The notes below the pieces were generated by a model. It worked only from the letters and a program-made list of their open reading frames with translations, was not told the DNA's origin and did no database searches. Made by a program: the position numbers and the translations under genes. Of a stretch of DNA of 64,000 nucleotides, positions 36,679 to 46,016 are shown one piece after another. Position 1 is the first letter of the stretch. Each line of letters begins with the position of its first letter. Source of the DNA: Anaerolineae bacterium (GTDB lineage: Bacteria > Chloroflexota > Anaerolineae > Aggregatilineales > UBA3940); the NCBI GenBank assembly GCA_034435035.1, contig DAOTXW010000081.1:72580-136579 (forward strand), in the 5' to 3' direction.

Positions 36679-39372
36679 ATGCGTGTTCCGCTTTCATGGC
36701 TCAAAGAGTATGTTGAGATTACCCTGCCGGTCGAGGAGCTGGCCGCGCGGCTGACCCTGGCCGGGCTGGAAGTTGGCAGCATTGAATACCTCGGCATCCC
36801 GGCTGAGGAGGTAGCCAGCGGCCACCGCGCCGTCCCAACGTCGAGCGATCACCTGGTCTGGGATCGCGAGAAGATCGTGGTGGCTCACATCCGGGAGGTC
36901 CGGGCCCATCCCAATGCCGACCGGCTTGTGCTCGCTATCGTCGATTCCGGGATCGGCGAGATGGAGACGGTGGTAACAGGAGCGCCCAACCTGTATCCGT
37001 ACCGTGATCAGGGGCCACTATCCCCGCCACTGGTTGCCCCCTATGCCCGGGAAGGCGCCGAAGTCATCGATGGGCACAGAGATGACGGCTCGCGGCTGAT
37101 CATCAAGCCGCGCAGCCTGCGTGGGATCGACAACCGCAGCATGGTCTGCTCAGCCAAGGAGCTGGGGCTGTCCGATGATCACGAGGGCATCCTGCTGCTG
37201 GAAACCGATGCCCCGCCCGGGACGCCCCTGCAGGATGTGCTGGGGGACGCAATCCTCGACATCGACATCACGCCCAACATGGCCCGCAACGCCTCCATTC
37301 TGGGCGTCGCCCGCGAGATCGCGGCGCTGACCGGCCAGCCGCTGCGCTATCCGCCGGATACCATCACCGCGGCTGGCCCGCCCATCGCCGGGCAGGTCCG
37401 CATCGAAATCCGCGAGCCTGACCTCAATCCGCGCTTCACCCTGGCGCTGATCAAGGGGGTGTCCATCGCCCCCTCGCCGGAGTGGATGCAGCGCAGGCTG
37501 CGGCTGGCCGGCATGCGTCCGATCAACAACATCGTCGATATCACCAACTACGTGATGCTGGAGATCGGCCAGCCGCTGCACGCCTTTGACTACGATGTGC
37601 TGGTCAAGCGCGCGGGTGGCAGCGCCCCAACCATCATCACCCGGCTGCCCGCGCCCGGCGAGACGCTGGTCACGCTGGACAGCGTCGTGCGCACCCTCGA
37701 TCCGTTTACGATTCTGGTAGCCGACACGGCTGGCGCGCTCAGCCTGGGCGGCATCATGGGCGGGGCCGAATCCGAGATCTATGATGCCGCTTCTTACCAG
37801 CTCGACGCTGCGGGAATCCCGCTGGCCGAAGACGAGCCACTTCAGCACGGTAAGACGGACGCCCGACCCGCCAGCACCGTAAACGTGCTGCTGGAGGCGG
37901 CCGCCTGGGATTTCATCTCCATCCGCCGCACCTTACAGGCACAGCGCGAGCGCGGCCGCGAGATCAGTTCAGAGGCAGGGGCCCGCTTCAGCCGCGGCGT
38001 TCACCCGGCCCTGGCGATGGTCGGCCTGCGCCGCGCCATTGAACTGATGCGCCAGATCGCCGGCGGCCAGATCGCTGACGGCGTACTGGACAGCTATCCA
38101 CGCCCGGCCCCCGCCGTAGTTGCGGATCTGAGCCTCCACGAGGTCGAGCGCATCATCGGCGTGCCAATCCCCTCCGACGAGGTGGCGCGCATCCTGCGCG
38201 GCCTGGAGTTCTCCGTGCAGCCCGGGGAGCCAGGAGTGCTGCGGGTGACTGTGCCTGAACACCGCCTTGACATCGGGCTGCGCCCCGGCGATCCGCACCA
38301 GGAGATCGGCGCCCTGGTCGCACAGGCCGATCTGATCGAGGAGATCGCCCGCATCTACGGATACGACCGGCTGCCGGAAACCCGGATCGCGGATGTCATG
38401 CCGCCGCTGCACAGCCCCGGCGACCTCCAGCACGAGGAGCGGGTCCGCGATGCGCTGGTGCGAGCCGGGCTGCAGGAGGTGATCACCTACCGGCTGACTC
38501 ATCCGGACCGTGAGGCCCTGCTCACCCCGCCCGGCCTGCCATCGGGCTGGCCCGATCTTCCCTATGTCACATTGGCCAACCCGATGTCGCAGGACAGGCT
38601 GGTCATGCGACATACCCTGCTGGCCTCGATGCTGGACATCGTGGCAGCCAATGCCCGCTGGCGCGACCGCCAGATGCTGTTCGAGATCGGGAGGGTGTAC
38701 CTGCCCATCGAGGGCGAGATGTTGCCCGATGAGCCGCACCATGTCTGCCTCGCGATGACCGGCCCCCGCCACCTGCCCACCTGGCAGGCAGGCCGCGCCG
38801 CCAGCGAGCTGATGGATTACTTCGACCTGAAAGGTGTTGTCGAAAGTCTTCTCAGCGCGGTGAAGGCGGCCAATGCCCGCTTCGAACCTGCCCAGCACAG
38901 CACCTTCTTCCCGGGCCGCGCCGCCAGCCTGACGGTGGCCGGGAAGATCGTAGGCACCCTGGGCGAGCTGCACCCGCTGGTGCGCAGGGCGTTCGGCCTG
39001 CCGGAGCAGCCGGTGCTGGTCGCCGAGCTTGACCTGGCAGGGCTGGCGGCGGACGGGCCGGCTCTGGGCCGCCTGCAGCCGGTGTCATCCTTCCCCGCCA
39101 TCTACCAGGACATCGCGGTGGTGGTGCCAGAGAGCGTCCCGGCCGCCGATCTGGAGGCCACAATCCGTGAGGCCGGGGGCGGGCTTCTGCGGGGGGTGCG
39201 CCTGTTCGATGTCTACCGGGGGGAGCAGATCGGCGCAGACAATAAGAGCCTGGCCTATTCCCTGACCTTCCAGGCAGATGACAAGACGCTGCGTGACCGC
39301 GACGCCGATGCGGTACGGGCGAAGATCGTTCGGGCGCTGACGAGCCGCTTCGGCGCGAAGCTGAGAGCTTGA
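36679..39372 (+). CDS. pheT: Phenylalanine--tRNA ligase beta subunit
   Basis: MRVPLSWLKEYVEI N-terminus, with tRNA-binding, B3/4, B5 and FDX-ACB regions in order. The start was moved from the track's 36619 to ATG 36679. Confidence 0.95.
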   Translation: MRVPLSWLKEYVEITLPVEELAARLTLAGLEVGSIEYLGIPAEEVASGHRAVPTSSDHLVWDREKIVVAHIREVRAHPNADRLVLAIVDSGIGEMETVVTGAPNLYPYRDQGPLSPPLVAPYAREGAEVIDGHRDDGSRLIIKPRSLRGIDNRSMVCSAKELGLSDDHEGILLLETDAPPGTPLQDVLGDAILDIDITPNMARNASILGVAREIAALTGQPLRYPPDTITAAGPPIAGQVRIEIREPDLNPRFTLALIKGVSIAPSPEWMQRRLRLAGMRPINNIVDITNYVMLEIGQPLHAFDYDVLVKRAGGSAPTIITRLPAPGETLVTLDSVVRTLDPFTILVADTAGALSLGGIMGGAESEIYDAASYQLDAAGIPLAEDEPLQHGKTDARPASTVNVLLEAAAWDFISIRRTLQAQRERGREISSEAGARFSRGVHPALAMVGLRRAIELMRQIAGGQIADGVLDSYPRPAPAVVADLSLHEVERIIGVPIPSDEVARILRGLEFSVQPGEPGVLRVTVPEHRLDIGLRPGDPHQEIGALVAQADLIEEIARIYGYDRLPETRIADVMPPLHSPGDLQHEERVRDALVRAGLQEVITYRLTHPDREALLTPPGLPSGWPDLPYVTLANPMSQDRLVMRHTLLASMLDIVAANARWRDRQMLFEIGRVYLPIEGEMLPDEPHHVCLAMTGPRHLPTWQAGRAASELMDYFDLKGVVESLLSAVKAANARFEPAQHSTFFPGRAASLTVAGKIVGTLGELHPLVRRAFGLPEQPVLVAELDLAGLAADGPALGRLQPVSSFPAIYQDIAVVVPESVPAADLEATIREAGGGLLRGVRLFDVYRGEQIGADNKSLAYSLTFQADDKTLRDRDADAVRAKIVRALTSRFGAKLRA

Positions 39373-39379
39373 ATCCTCG

Positions 39380-39422
39380 CCATAGACAGGGCGGAGCCGG
39401 GATGGCTCCGCCCTGTCTATGG
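39380..39422. terminator. 19-bp perfect hairpin between convergent pheT and ilvE
   Basis: ccatagacagggcggagcc (39380-39398), loop gggat, ggctccgccctgtctatgg (39404-39422). Confidence 0.6.
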
Positions 39423-39437
39423 CCTGAGGAAGCCCGG

Positions 39438-40391
39438 CTACCGGTGCGCCTGCGCCGCAATCCGTTCGTAGACGGGCATGGTCCAGTGGCGGTACTTGGG
39501 GTGCCGCCCGGTCACCACACTGAAGTAGATGTCACGCAGCTCCGAAACCACCGGGCCCATGTGCCCATCGCCCAGCGCACGATGATCGACGGAGACGATC
39601 GCGGCAATCTGCACCCCGGTCCCGCAGAAGAACGCTTCATCAGCCACATAGACTTCTGACCGGTCAATGCTGCGCTCGACCACTTCCAGCCCCATCTCGT
39701 CTCGCAGCAGCTGCATCACCGTCCGGCGTGTAATGCCTTCCAGCACGTTATCAGTCACCGGCGGGGTGATCGCCACCCCATTGCGGATCATGAAGAAGTT
39801 CGCAGCACTCCCCTCCGCCACGTGCCCATCCTGGTTCAGAACCAGCGCTTCCGAAAAGCCGGAACGGTAAGCATCGGTCTTAATCAGCGCCGAGTTGATA
39901 TACGAGCCGGTCAGCTTACCACGCGCCGGGATGCTGTTATCGTCCACCCGCCGCCAGGAAGAAAACGTAACGCTGCACCCTTCCTCGTTGTCCACATAGC
40001 GGCCAAAGGGCAGTGAGAACATGGTCACTGCGGGATTCAGGTCATGCAGACGCACCCCGATCAGGCTGTCCCGGATGTAAACCAGTGGACGGATGTAGAC
40101 GTTGGTCTGCCAGCCCTCCATTCGCAGCAGATCCAGCAGGATCGCCCACAGGCGCTCCGGCGTATAGTCCAGCTCGAAGTTCAGCAGCCTGGCGGAGTTG
40201 AGGAAACGTGTGAAGTGATCCAGCGGGCGAAAGACAAATAGCTGTTCGTCGTCGTCATTCCAGTACCCCCGGATACCTCCGAAGGCACCTGTCCCATAAT
40301 TAAATGTGTGGTTCATCACGCTGACGGTGGCCTGCTCAAACGGCACGATCTGTCCTTCAAAGTAGGCGTATCTTGGAAGCTGCCCGGACAC
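39438..40391 (-). CDS. ilvE: Branched-chain amino acid aminotransferase
   Basis: YFEGQIVPFEQATVSVMNHTFNYGTGAFGGIRGYW, and LEGITRRTVMQL late in the protein. Start reassigned to GTG 40391..40389 (AGGAGGG 4 nt upstream). The promoter lies inside the longer track ORF. Confidence 0.9.
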   Translation of the reverse strand: MSGQLPRYAYFEGQIVPFEQATVSVMNHTFNYGTGAFGGIRGYWNDDDEQLFVFRPLDHFTRFLNSARLLNFELDYTPERLWAILLDLLRMEGWQTNVYIRPLVYIRDSLIGVRLHDLNPAVTMFSLPFGRYVDNEEGCSVTFSSWRRVDDNSIPARGKLTGSYINSALIKTDAYRSGFSEALVLNQDGHVAEGSAANFFMIRNGVAITPPVTDNVLEGITRRTVMQLLRDEMGLEVVERSIDRSEVYVADEAFFCGTGVQIAAIVSVDHRALGDGHMGPVVSELRDIYFSVVTGRHPKYRHWTMPVYERIAAQAHR

Positions 40392-40497
40392 TGTACCCTC
40401 CTGAGAGAACCAGCGGCGTTCAAGCGGGCGGTCTTGCGGATCGCCCTTGCGGCAAACATCATGCGGAGCCGGGCCAAGCTGATGGCTCCACAACCTG

Positions 40498-40526
40498 TTT
40501 ATAGCATCGCTGACCGGGGGCTGCAA
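40498..40526 (-). promoter_or_regulatory. Sigma-A-type promoter of ilvE
   Basis: Minus strand reads TTGCAG (40526..40521), 17 nt, TATAAA (40503..40498). Confidence 0.5.
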
Positions 40527-40569
40527 ATCACGCGGGTTTGTGCCCGGATGCACCAAAGGGCTGTGCCTG

Positions 40570-40617
40570 AGCACAAAAACAGCAGGCCCCTGCATCATTT
40601 AGTTTGCAGGGGCCTGC
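40570..40617 (-). terminator. Intrinsic terminator after the SPFH gene
   Basis: Minus strand reads gcaggcccctgca, loop, tgcaggggcctgc, followed by tgtttttgtg (+ coordinates 40582-40617 for the stem, 40573-40581 for the T tract). Confidence 0.75.
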
Positions 40618-40628
40618 GGCTGCAGGGC

Positions 40629-41708
40629 TCAGGGCGTGCCGCCTGAGTCAGGTGGCGGCAGCGGCGTGCTGGTCGGCTCCGCGCCGGCCTGGTTCAGAAG
40701 GTCCTGCAGGCTGAACAGGTAAGGGCTGTTGCTGGGCACGATGATGAGACGGACATTATCGCCCAGCTCATTAATGTACTGGTACTGGATCAGATTCGGG
40801 TTAGTCGCCAGGATCTCGTTAATCAACGCCAGCGCCTCGGCCTGTGCCTCGGCCTGCAGAACGGTGGCTTCCGCCTGGCCTTCTGCCGCGATCACCACCG
40901 AATCGGCGCGGCCCTGCGCCTCGACGCGAGCCTGTTCCGCCTCCTGCTGGGCCTGCTGCACCCGGAAAGCTGCCTGCTGAGCCTGCTGCTCGGCGATCTG
41001 CTTCTGCTCGATGGCCTCAGTAAATTGCTCGGAGAACGAGATGTCGCGGATCAGCACATCGGTCAGCAGGAAACCTTCTCTTGCCAGCTCACCGCGCAGA
41101 GCATCCGCGATCTGCCCTTCCAGGGCTGCCCGCCCTCCGCTGTAGATCTCTTCGGCGCCATAGTTATTGACAGCGTTTCGAACCTCGGAGCGCGTCTGTG
41201 CAACGATGAAGCCATCGACATAGGTACTGCGCCAGTTGCGATGCACCTGGTTGACCTGGGCCGGGTCGAGCTTGAAGATCACAGTGATGTCCAGGTTGAT
41301 CTGCTGGCCGTCCCGGGTGATCGCGCGTACCGCCGGGCGTACTCCGGTGCTCTGAACTGCCTCCACACCGCCGATCATGTCTACGCTTTGCTGGCCTACG
41401 TTGTAGATGATCACCTGATCCACAAACGGCACCACCCACTTCAAGCCCGGCTGCAGCGGCTCGCGCAGAGCAGCGTCTCCGCTGGCGGTTTGCCGGAAGA
41501 CCACCCCGACCTCGTTCGGCTGCACCAGCACCAGGCCGGCATTGACCGGCACAGTCACCAGGACGCCGATCACGCCGATCACCACCAGAATCACCCCCAG
41601 CCGCACCGGCCGCCCGCGGGACGCATTCAGTCCCGCCAGCACGAGCCCGGCCAGGAGCGCCAGCACAAACAGACTGGTCAGGAATGTCAGCAATGCTGTG
41701 ATGCCCAT
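40629..41708 (-). CDS. SPFH/Band-7 (prohibitin/HflC-like) membrane protein
   Basis: N-terminal TM, SPFH core (VVPFVDQVIIYNVGQQSVDM...), and an A/Q/E-rich coiled coil (QQAQQAAFRVQQAQQEAEQARVEAQGRA). Confidence 0.85.
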   Translation of the reverse strand: MGITALLTFLTSLFVLALLAGLVLAGLNASRGRPVRLGVILVVIGVIGVLVTVPVNAGLVLVQPNEVGVVFRQTASGDAALREPLQPGLKWVVPFVDQVIIYNVGQQSVDMIGGVEAVQSTGVRPAVRAITRDGQQINLDITVIFKLDPAQVNQVHRNWRSTYVDGFIVAQTRSEVRNAVNNYGAEEIYSGGRAALEGQIADALRGELAREGFLLTDVLIRDISFSEQFTEAIEQKQIAEQQAQQAAFRVQQAQQEAEQARVEAQGRADSVVIAAEGQAEATVLQAEAQAEALALINEILATNPNLIQYQYINELGDNVRLIIVPSNSPYLFSLQDLLNQAGAEPTSTPLPPPDSGGTP

Positions 41709-41839
41709 CCGATAAGGCTCCTTGATAATCGCCGCCGGATCAACGATACGATAGTATTATAGCCGAATAACGGCTGCCACGCGCACCCCGTTTTGCGGGG
41801 GGCCGGGCGGAAATCCGCAGAGGGTTCATCAAACTGACC

Positions 41840-42643
41840 ATGGCGCCTGACCTGGGCCGCATCGGCCCCTATTATCTGCGCTCCTACACCCTGCTGCTCG
41901 ATCTGGCTATTCTGCTGGGGCTGGCCCTGCTCGCCTGGCATGGCCGGCGGGCCGGCGAGCGTCCTGCTGACTGGGTGGATGCCGGCCTGAGCGCGCTTGC
42001 AGCCGGGGTCCTCGGCGGCCGCCTGGGCCACGTCATGATCTATCGTGACTATTTTGCCGAACACCCCGATCGCATTCTGCAGGTATGGCGCGGCGGCCTG
42101 GACTGGCACGGCGCGATACTGGCCGGGCTGATCGGGCTGGCGATCGGCTGCCGGTGGCGCCGGCTGCGTTTCCGTGCCGTGGCCGATGCGCTGGCGCTGG
42201 CGCTGCCGCTGGGCGCACTGCTTACCTACACTGGCTGCCTGATGGGCAGCTGCGGCCACGGGCGCGAGGTGGCCTCGCTGGCCCAGTATCCTGCCCCACT
42301 GGTGCTGGAGCTGCCTGATCTTTACGGCGTGCGCGCCCCGCGCCTGGCCAGCCAGCTCTACGGGCTTGCCTGGAGCGCCGTGATCCTCGCCCTGTCGCTG
42401 GCGCAGGCCCGCCGCGAGGGCCGCCCCGGCGTGCGTCTGTGGATCGCCCTTGCCCTTCTATCAGCCGGCGCCTTTGCTGTGGGCTTCACCCGCGGCGACT
42501 CGATCCCGATGCTGGGCGCGCTGCGCCTTGACCAGGTGCTGGATCTGGCAATGGCCGCGGTCGCTCTGGCGGGCCTGCTGCTTGCCGGGCGCCGCACCCC
42601 CACGTATACCCTCTATGGGCCTGCTGGATTCGTACGCAGATAA
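41840..42643 (+). CDS. Divergent Lgt-family (prolipoprotein diacylglyceryl transferase-like) membrane protein
   Basis: YYLRSYTLLLDLAILLG, GVLGGRLGHVMIY and VWRGGLDWHGAILAGLIGL resemble Lgt. The canonical GR-x-GN-x-x-N-x-E-x-x-G block is replaced by TGCLMGSCGHGREV. Confidence 0.6.
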   Translation: MAPDLGRIGPYYLRSYTLLLDLAILLGLALLAWHGRRAGERPADWVDAGLSALAAGVLGGRLGHVMIYRDYFAEHPDRILQVWRGGLDWHGAILAGLIGLAIGCRWRRLRFRAVADALALALPLGALLTYTGCLMGSCGHGREVASLAQYPAPLVLELPDLYGVRAPRLASQLYGLAWSAVILALSLAQARREGRPGVRLWIALALLSAGAFAVGFTRGDSIPMLGALRLDQVLDLAMAAVALAGLLLAGRRTPTYTLYGPAGFVRR

Positions 42644-42654
42644 AGGAGTAACCG

Positions 42655-43545
42655 ATGCAGTTTCAGCTCGGCATGGCGCAGATCAACACCACCCTGGGTG
42701 ATGTGCAGGCCAATCTCGATCGCCATATGACGGCCATCGAAGAAGCACAGGCACGCGGCGTTGATCTTCTCTGCTTCCCGGAACTGTCGCTCACTGGCTA
42801 CAACCTGCAGGACCTCAGTCATGTAGTGGCAGCCCGCCCGCATCCGGATCATCCGCTGTTCCGGCCACTGTTCAAGGCCAGCCGCTCGCTCGATCTGCTG
42901 GTGGGTTTTGTGGACGAAGATCGCCGCCACCGCTTCTACATCGCAGCGGCGTATCTCAGCCGCGGCGAGCTGATCCATGTCCACCACAAGTGCTACCTGC
43001 CCACCTACAGTCTGTTCGACGAGGGGCGGCATTTTGCGTTTGGCGACCACCCCCGTGCCTTTGACACCCGCTTCGGGCGGGTTGCTGTGCTGATCTGCGA
43101 AGATTTCTGGCATGCCAGCCTGCCGTACCTGATGTGGGCCGACGGCGCCGATATCCTGCTGCTGACTTCGGCCAGCCCGGGGCGCGGCCTGGGCGCCAGC
43201 GACCGCCTTGACAGCGCCCGCTGGGTCGAGCGCGTCACCCAGGCGTATGCCAGCCTTTTCACCAGCTTCGTCGCCCACACCAATCGCGTAGGTTTTGAGG
43301 ACGGCTTCAACTTCTGGGGCGGATCGATGGTCTATGATCCCGATGGCGAGCTGCTGGCGCAGGCCCCTTATTTTGAGGAACATCTGCTGACTGCCATCCT
43401 GGACACCAACCAGCTACGCCGCACCCGCGCTCGCCTGCCCCTGCTGCGCGACGAGCGCCCCCGCTTCACCTGGCGCGTGCTGCAGCGCATCCTTGCGGAG
43501 CGCAGTGACGATCCGTTCGCAGAGGGAGACCCGAATGGGCGCTAA
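42655..43545 (+). CDS. Carbon-nitrogen hydrolase (nitrilase superfamily), probable glutaminase subunit for NAD synthetase
   Basis: Catalytic triad contexts FPELSLTGY (Glu), HHKCYLPT (Lys) and VLICEDFWH (Cys). Overlaps nadE by 11 nt. Confidence 0.8.
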   Translation: MQFQLGMAQINTTLGDVQANLDRHMTAIEEAQARGVDLLCFPELSLTGYNLQDLSHVVAARPHPDHPLFRPLFKASRSLDLLVGFVDEDRRHRFYIAAAYLSRGELIHVHHKCYLPTYSLFDEGRHFAFGDHPRAFDTRFGRVAVLICEDFWHASLPYLMWADGADILLLTSASPGRGLGASDRLDSARWVERVTQAYASLFTSFVAHTNRVGFEDGFNFWGGSMVYDPDGELLAQAPYFEEHLLTAILDTNQLRRTRARLPLLRDERPRFTWRVLQRILAERSDDPFAEGDPNGR

Positions 43546-44374
43546 TCGCTTGCTTGAGCGTATGGTGATCAACCCCGACCTCGCCCGGCTGATCCTGGTC
43601 CATTTCATTCGCGCCGAGATCGGTCGCATCGGCCAGAAGCGGGCGGTCGTCGGCCTGTCCGGCGGCGTCGATTCGGCGCTGGTGGCGTTTCTGCTAGCAG
43701 AAGCGCTTGGGCCGGAGCAGGTAATGGGAGTCCGGATGCCATACCGCACCTCGTCGCCAGCCAGCCTGGAGCATGCGCAACTGGTCATCGAGGCCCTCGG
43801 CATCCGCCACGAAACCGTCGAGATCACGCCGATGGTCGAGCCGCTGCTGGCGCGCTTCCCGGATATCACACCAGTGCGCGCCGGAAACATCATGGCCCGG
43901 CAGCGCATGATCATTCTCTACGACCGTTCGGCTGCCTTCGAGGCGCTGGTTGTGGGCACCAGCAACAAGACCGAGGCGCTGCTGGGGTACACTACCCTGT
44001 TTGGCGACAACGCCGCCGCCTTGCACCCGATCGGCGATCTGTACAAGAACCAGGTGCGCCAGCTGGCCCGCGCGCTCGGCGTGCCCGCCCCAATCATCGA
44101 AAAAGCGCCCTCCGCCGACCTGTGGGCCGGGCAGACCGATGAAGGCGAGCTGGGCTACAGCTATGATGAGGTCGATCAGCTGCTGTACCTGCTGGTTGAC
44201 CGCCGCTACAGCCTGGAGGAGGCCATCGCGGAGGGATTCGACGAGGCTTTTGTGGAGAAGGTCTGGGGCGCTGTCCAGCGGACTCAGTACAAGCGCCATC
44301 TGCCCATCATCCCCAAGCTCTCTCAGCGCACTATTGGCTATGACTTCCTCTATCTGCGCGACTGGGGAACGTAG
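43535..44374 (+). CDS. nadE: NAD+ synthetase (PP-loop ATP pyrophosphatase domain only)
   Basis: [16 protein letters not shown] (SGGxDS), [20 protein letters not shown]. The start was moved to ATG 43535. Confidence 0.9.
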   Translation: MGANRLLERMVINPDLARLILVHFIRAEIGRIGQKRAVVGLSGGVDSALVAFLLAEALGPEQVMGVRMPYRTSSPASLEHAQLVIEALGIRHETVEITPMVEPLLARFPDITPVRAGNIMARQRMIILYDRSAAFEALVVGTSNKTEALLGYTTLFGDNAAALHPIGDLYKNQVRQLARALGVPAPIIEKAPSADLWAGQTDEGELGYSYDEVDQLLYLLVDRRYSLEEAIAEGFDEAFVEKVWGAVQRTQYKRHLPIIPKLSQRTIGYDFLYLRDWGT

Positions 44375-44414
44375 CTGCTACACGGATCAGGGTGATGCTG
44401 CCTGCATCAGCCGC

Positions 44415-44443
44415 TTGCAAATCCAGGGCAGGCAGATTATAGT
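44415..44443 (+). promoter_or_regulatory. Sigma-A-type promoter ~210 nt upstream of glmU
   Basis: TTGCAA (44415-44420), 17 nt, TATAGT (44438-44443). Confidence 0.5.
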
Positions 44444-44651
44444 CTGTTCCCAGTTCGACCAGAGTGCATCCGATCTCGCTCTGCGGGAAACGGCTTCAGC
44501 CGGTTGTGGTTTGTGAGCCAATCAGAAGAGCCCCCCAGTCTTATCGCCCTGAGCACAGCCTGTCACCGGCGCAGCCGCGAGGATAAGCTTCCCGCGGCAT
44601 GCTGTCGTTACACCGATCGCGCTCTCTCCCCATATTCATCCGGAGGCGCAC

Positions 44652-46013
44652 ATGGCGCTTGACGTGGTGATCCTGGCTGCCGGCCAGGGCACGCGAATGA
44701 AGTCGGCTCTGCCCAAGGTGCTGCATCCCCTGGGCGGGCAGCCGCTGGTGCTGTACAGTGTGAAGGCCGCCTCCGCCCTCACCGATCAGCCCCCCGTCCT
44801 GGTGATCGGGCACGGCGCGGAGCAGGTGCGCGCTGCCGTGGGCGAGGCTGCCCGGTATGTCCTGCAGCCTGAACAGCTGGGCACTGGCCATGCTGTGCTG
44901 CAGGCACGTGATCTGCTGCATGGGCGCTCCAGCCGGGTAATCGTCACCTACGCCGATATGCCCCTCCTGAGAGCAGAGACCCTCCAGGCGCTGGCCGCCG
45001 CCCAGCAGGCTCACACCGGTCCTTTCAGCCTGATCACTCTGACCAGCCGCGACTCGCGCGGCTTTGGCCGCATCGTCCGGGCTGCCGATGGAAGCGTGCA
45101 GGCAATCGTCGAGGAGAGCGCCGCCACCCCGGAGCAACTGGCGATCGATGAGCTGAATGTCGGCATTTACTGCTTTGAGGGCGCCTGGCTCTGGGATCAT
45201 CTGCCGCGCATCCCGCTGAACGCCCGCGGCGAGTACTTCCTGACCGATCTGGTAGAGATAGCGGTGAGCGAAGGCCAGCGCATAAACGCCGTGCCCCTCC
45301 ACGATCCGGTGGAGGCGCTGGGGATCAACACACGCGTGCATCTGGCCGAAGCAGAAGCAGCGCTGCGCGATCGGGTGAACCAGGGCCTGATGCTGTCCGG
45401 CGTCACGATCCTCGACCCGGCCACGACTTACATTCACCCCACGGTACGCGTGGGTCTCGACACGGTGATCCTTCCGCATACCTGCCTGTGGGGCGGCACC
45501 GTGATCGGCGAGTCATGCGTGATCGGCCCCGGCGCGGTGATTCAGGACTCCGTTGTAGGCAACCGCTGCCGGATCACGGCTTCTGTCGTCGAATCGGCCA
45601 CTGTCGAGGACGACGTGGAGATCGGCCCGTTCGGCCACCTCCGCCGGGGCGCACACCTGGAAGCCGGTGTGCACATGGGCAATTTTGGCGAGGTCAAGAA
45701 CAGCCGTCTGCGGCGCGGCGTGAAGATGGGACATTTCAGCTATGTTGGCGATGCCGACATCGGCGAGGAAACGAATATTGGCGCAGGCACCATCACCTGC
45801 AATTATGACGGCGCACGGAAGCACCGCACGGTGACCGGGAGGGGGGTCTTCATCGGCAGCGACACCATGCTGGTGGCTCCGGTGACGCTGGGAGATGGTG
45901 CCCGCACCGGGGCAGGTTCGGTCGTCACCCACGACGTGCCGGCCAATACTCTGGTGGTCGGGATGCCTGCCCGCCCACGCCCCGCGCAGGCTTCTCAGGG
46001 TGAGGAAAAATAA
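44652..46013 (+). CDS. glmU: Bifunctional UDP-N-acetylglucosamine pyrophosphorylase / glucosamine-1-phosphate N-acetyltransferase
   Basis: VVILAAGQGTRMKSALPKVLHPLGGQPLV N-terminus and C-terminal left-handed beta-helix hexapeptide repeats. Confidence 0.95.
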   Translation: MALDVVILAAGQGTRMKSALPKVLHPLGGQPLVLYSVKAASALTDQPPVLVIGHGAEQVRAAVGEAARYVLQPEQLGTGHAVLQARDLLHGRSSRVIVTYADMPLLRAETLQALAAAQQAHTGPFSLITLTSRDSRGFGRIVRAADGSVQAIVEESAATPEQLAIDELNVGIYCFEGAWLWDHLPRIPLNARGEYFLTDLVEIAVSEGQRINAVPLHDPVEALGINTRVHLAEAEAALRDRVNQGLMLSGVTILDPATTYIHPTVRVGLDTVILPHTCLWGGTVIGESCVIGPGAVIQDSVVGNRCRITASVVESATVEDDVEIGPFGHLRRGAHLEAGVHMGNFGEVKNSRLRRGVKMGHFSYVGDADIGEETNIGAGTITCNYDGARKHRTVTGRGVFIGSDTMLVAPVTLGDGARTGAGSVVTHDVPANTLVVGMPARPRPAQASQGEEK

Positions 46014-46016
46014 CTC

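Noticed and set aside
39438-40598. Full-length 386-aa version of the ilvE ORF, and similar 5' over-extensions of pheT (36619), nadE (43493), cdd (47263), sufE (54007), the STAS gene (50885), the RR gene (50879), the PLD gene (31055) and the TetR gene (27835).
   Set aside because: Family N-termini, RBS positions, promoters or terminators inside the extensions, and overlaps with upstream genes all favour the shorter starts given in the feature list.
44444-44651. glmS-type ribozyme or other known riboswitch in the glmU leader.
   Set aside because: I could not find conserved cores of glmS, TPP, SAM, glycine, c-di-GMP or c-di-AMP classes by eye. The region is kept only as an unexplained leader, not as a called RNA.
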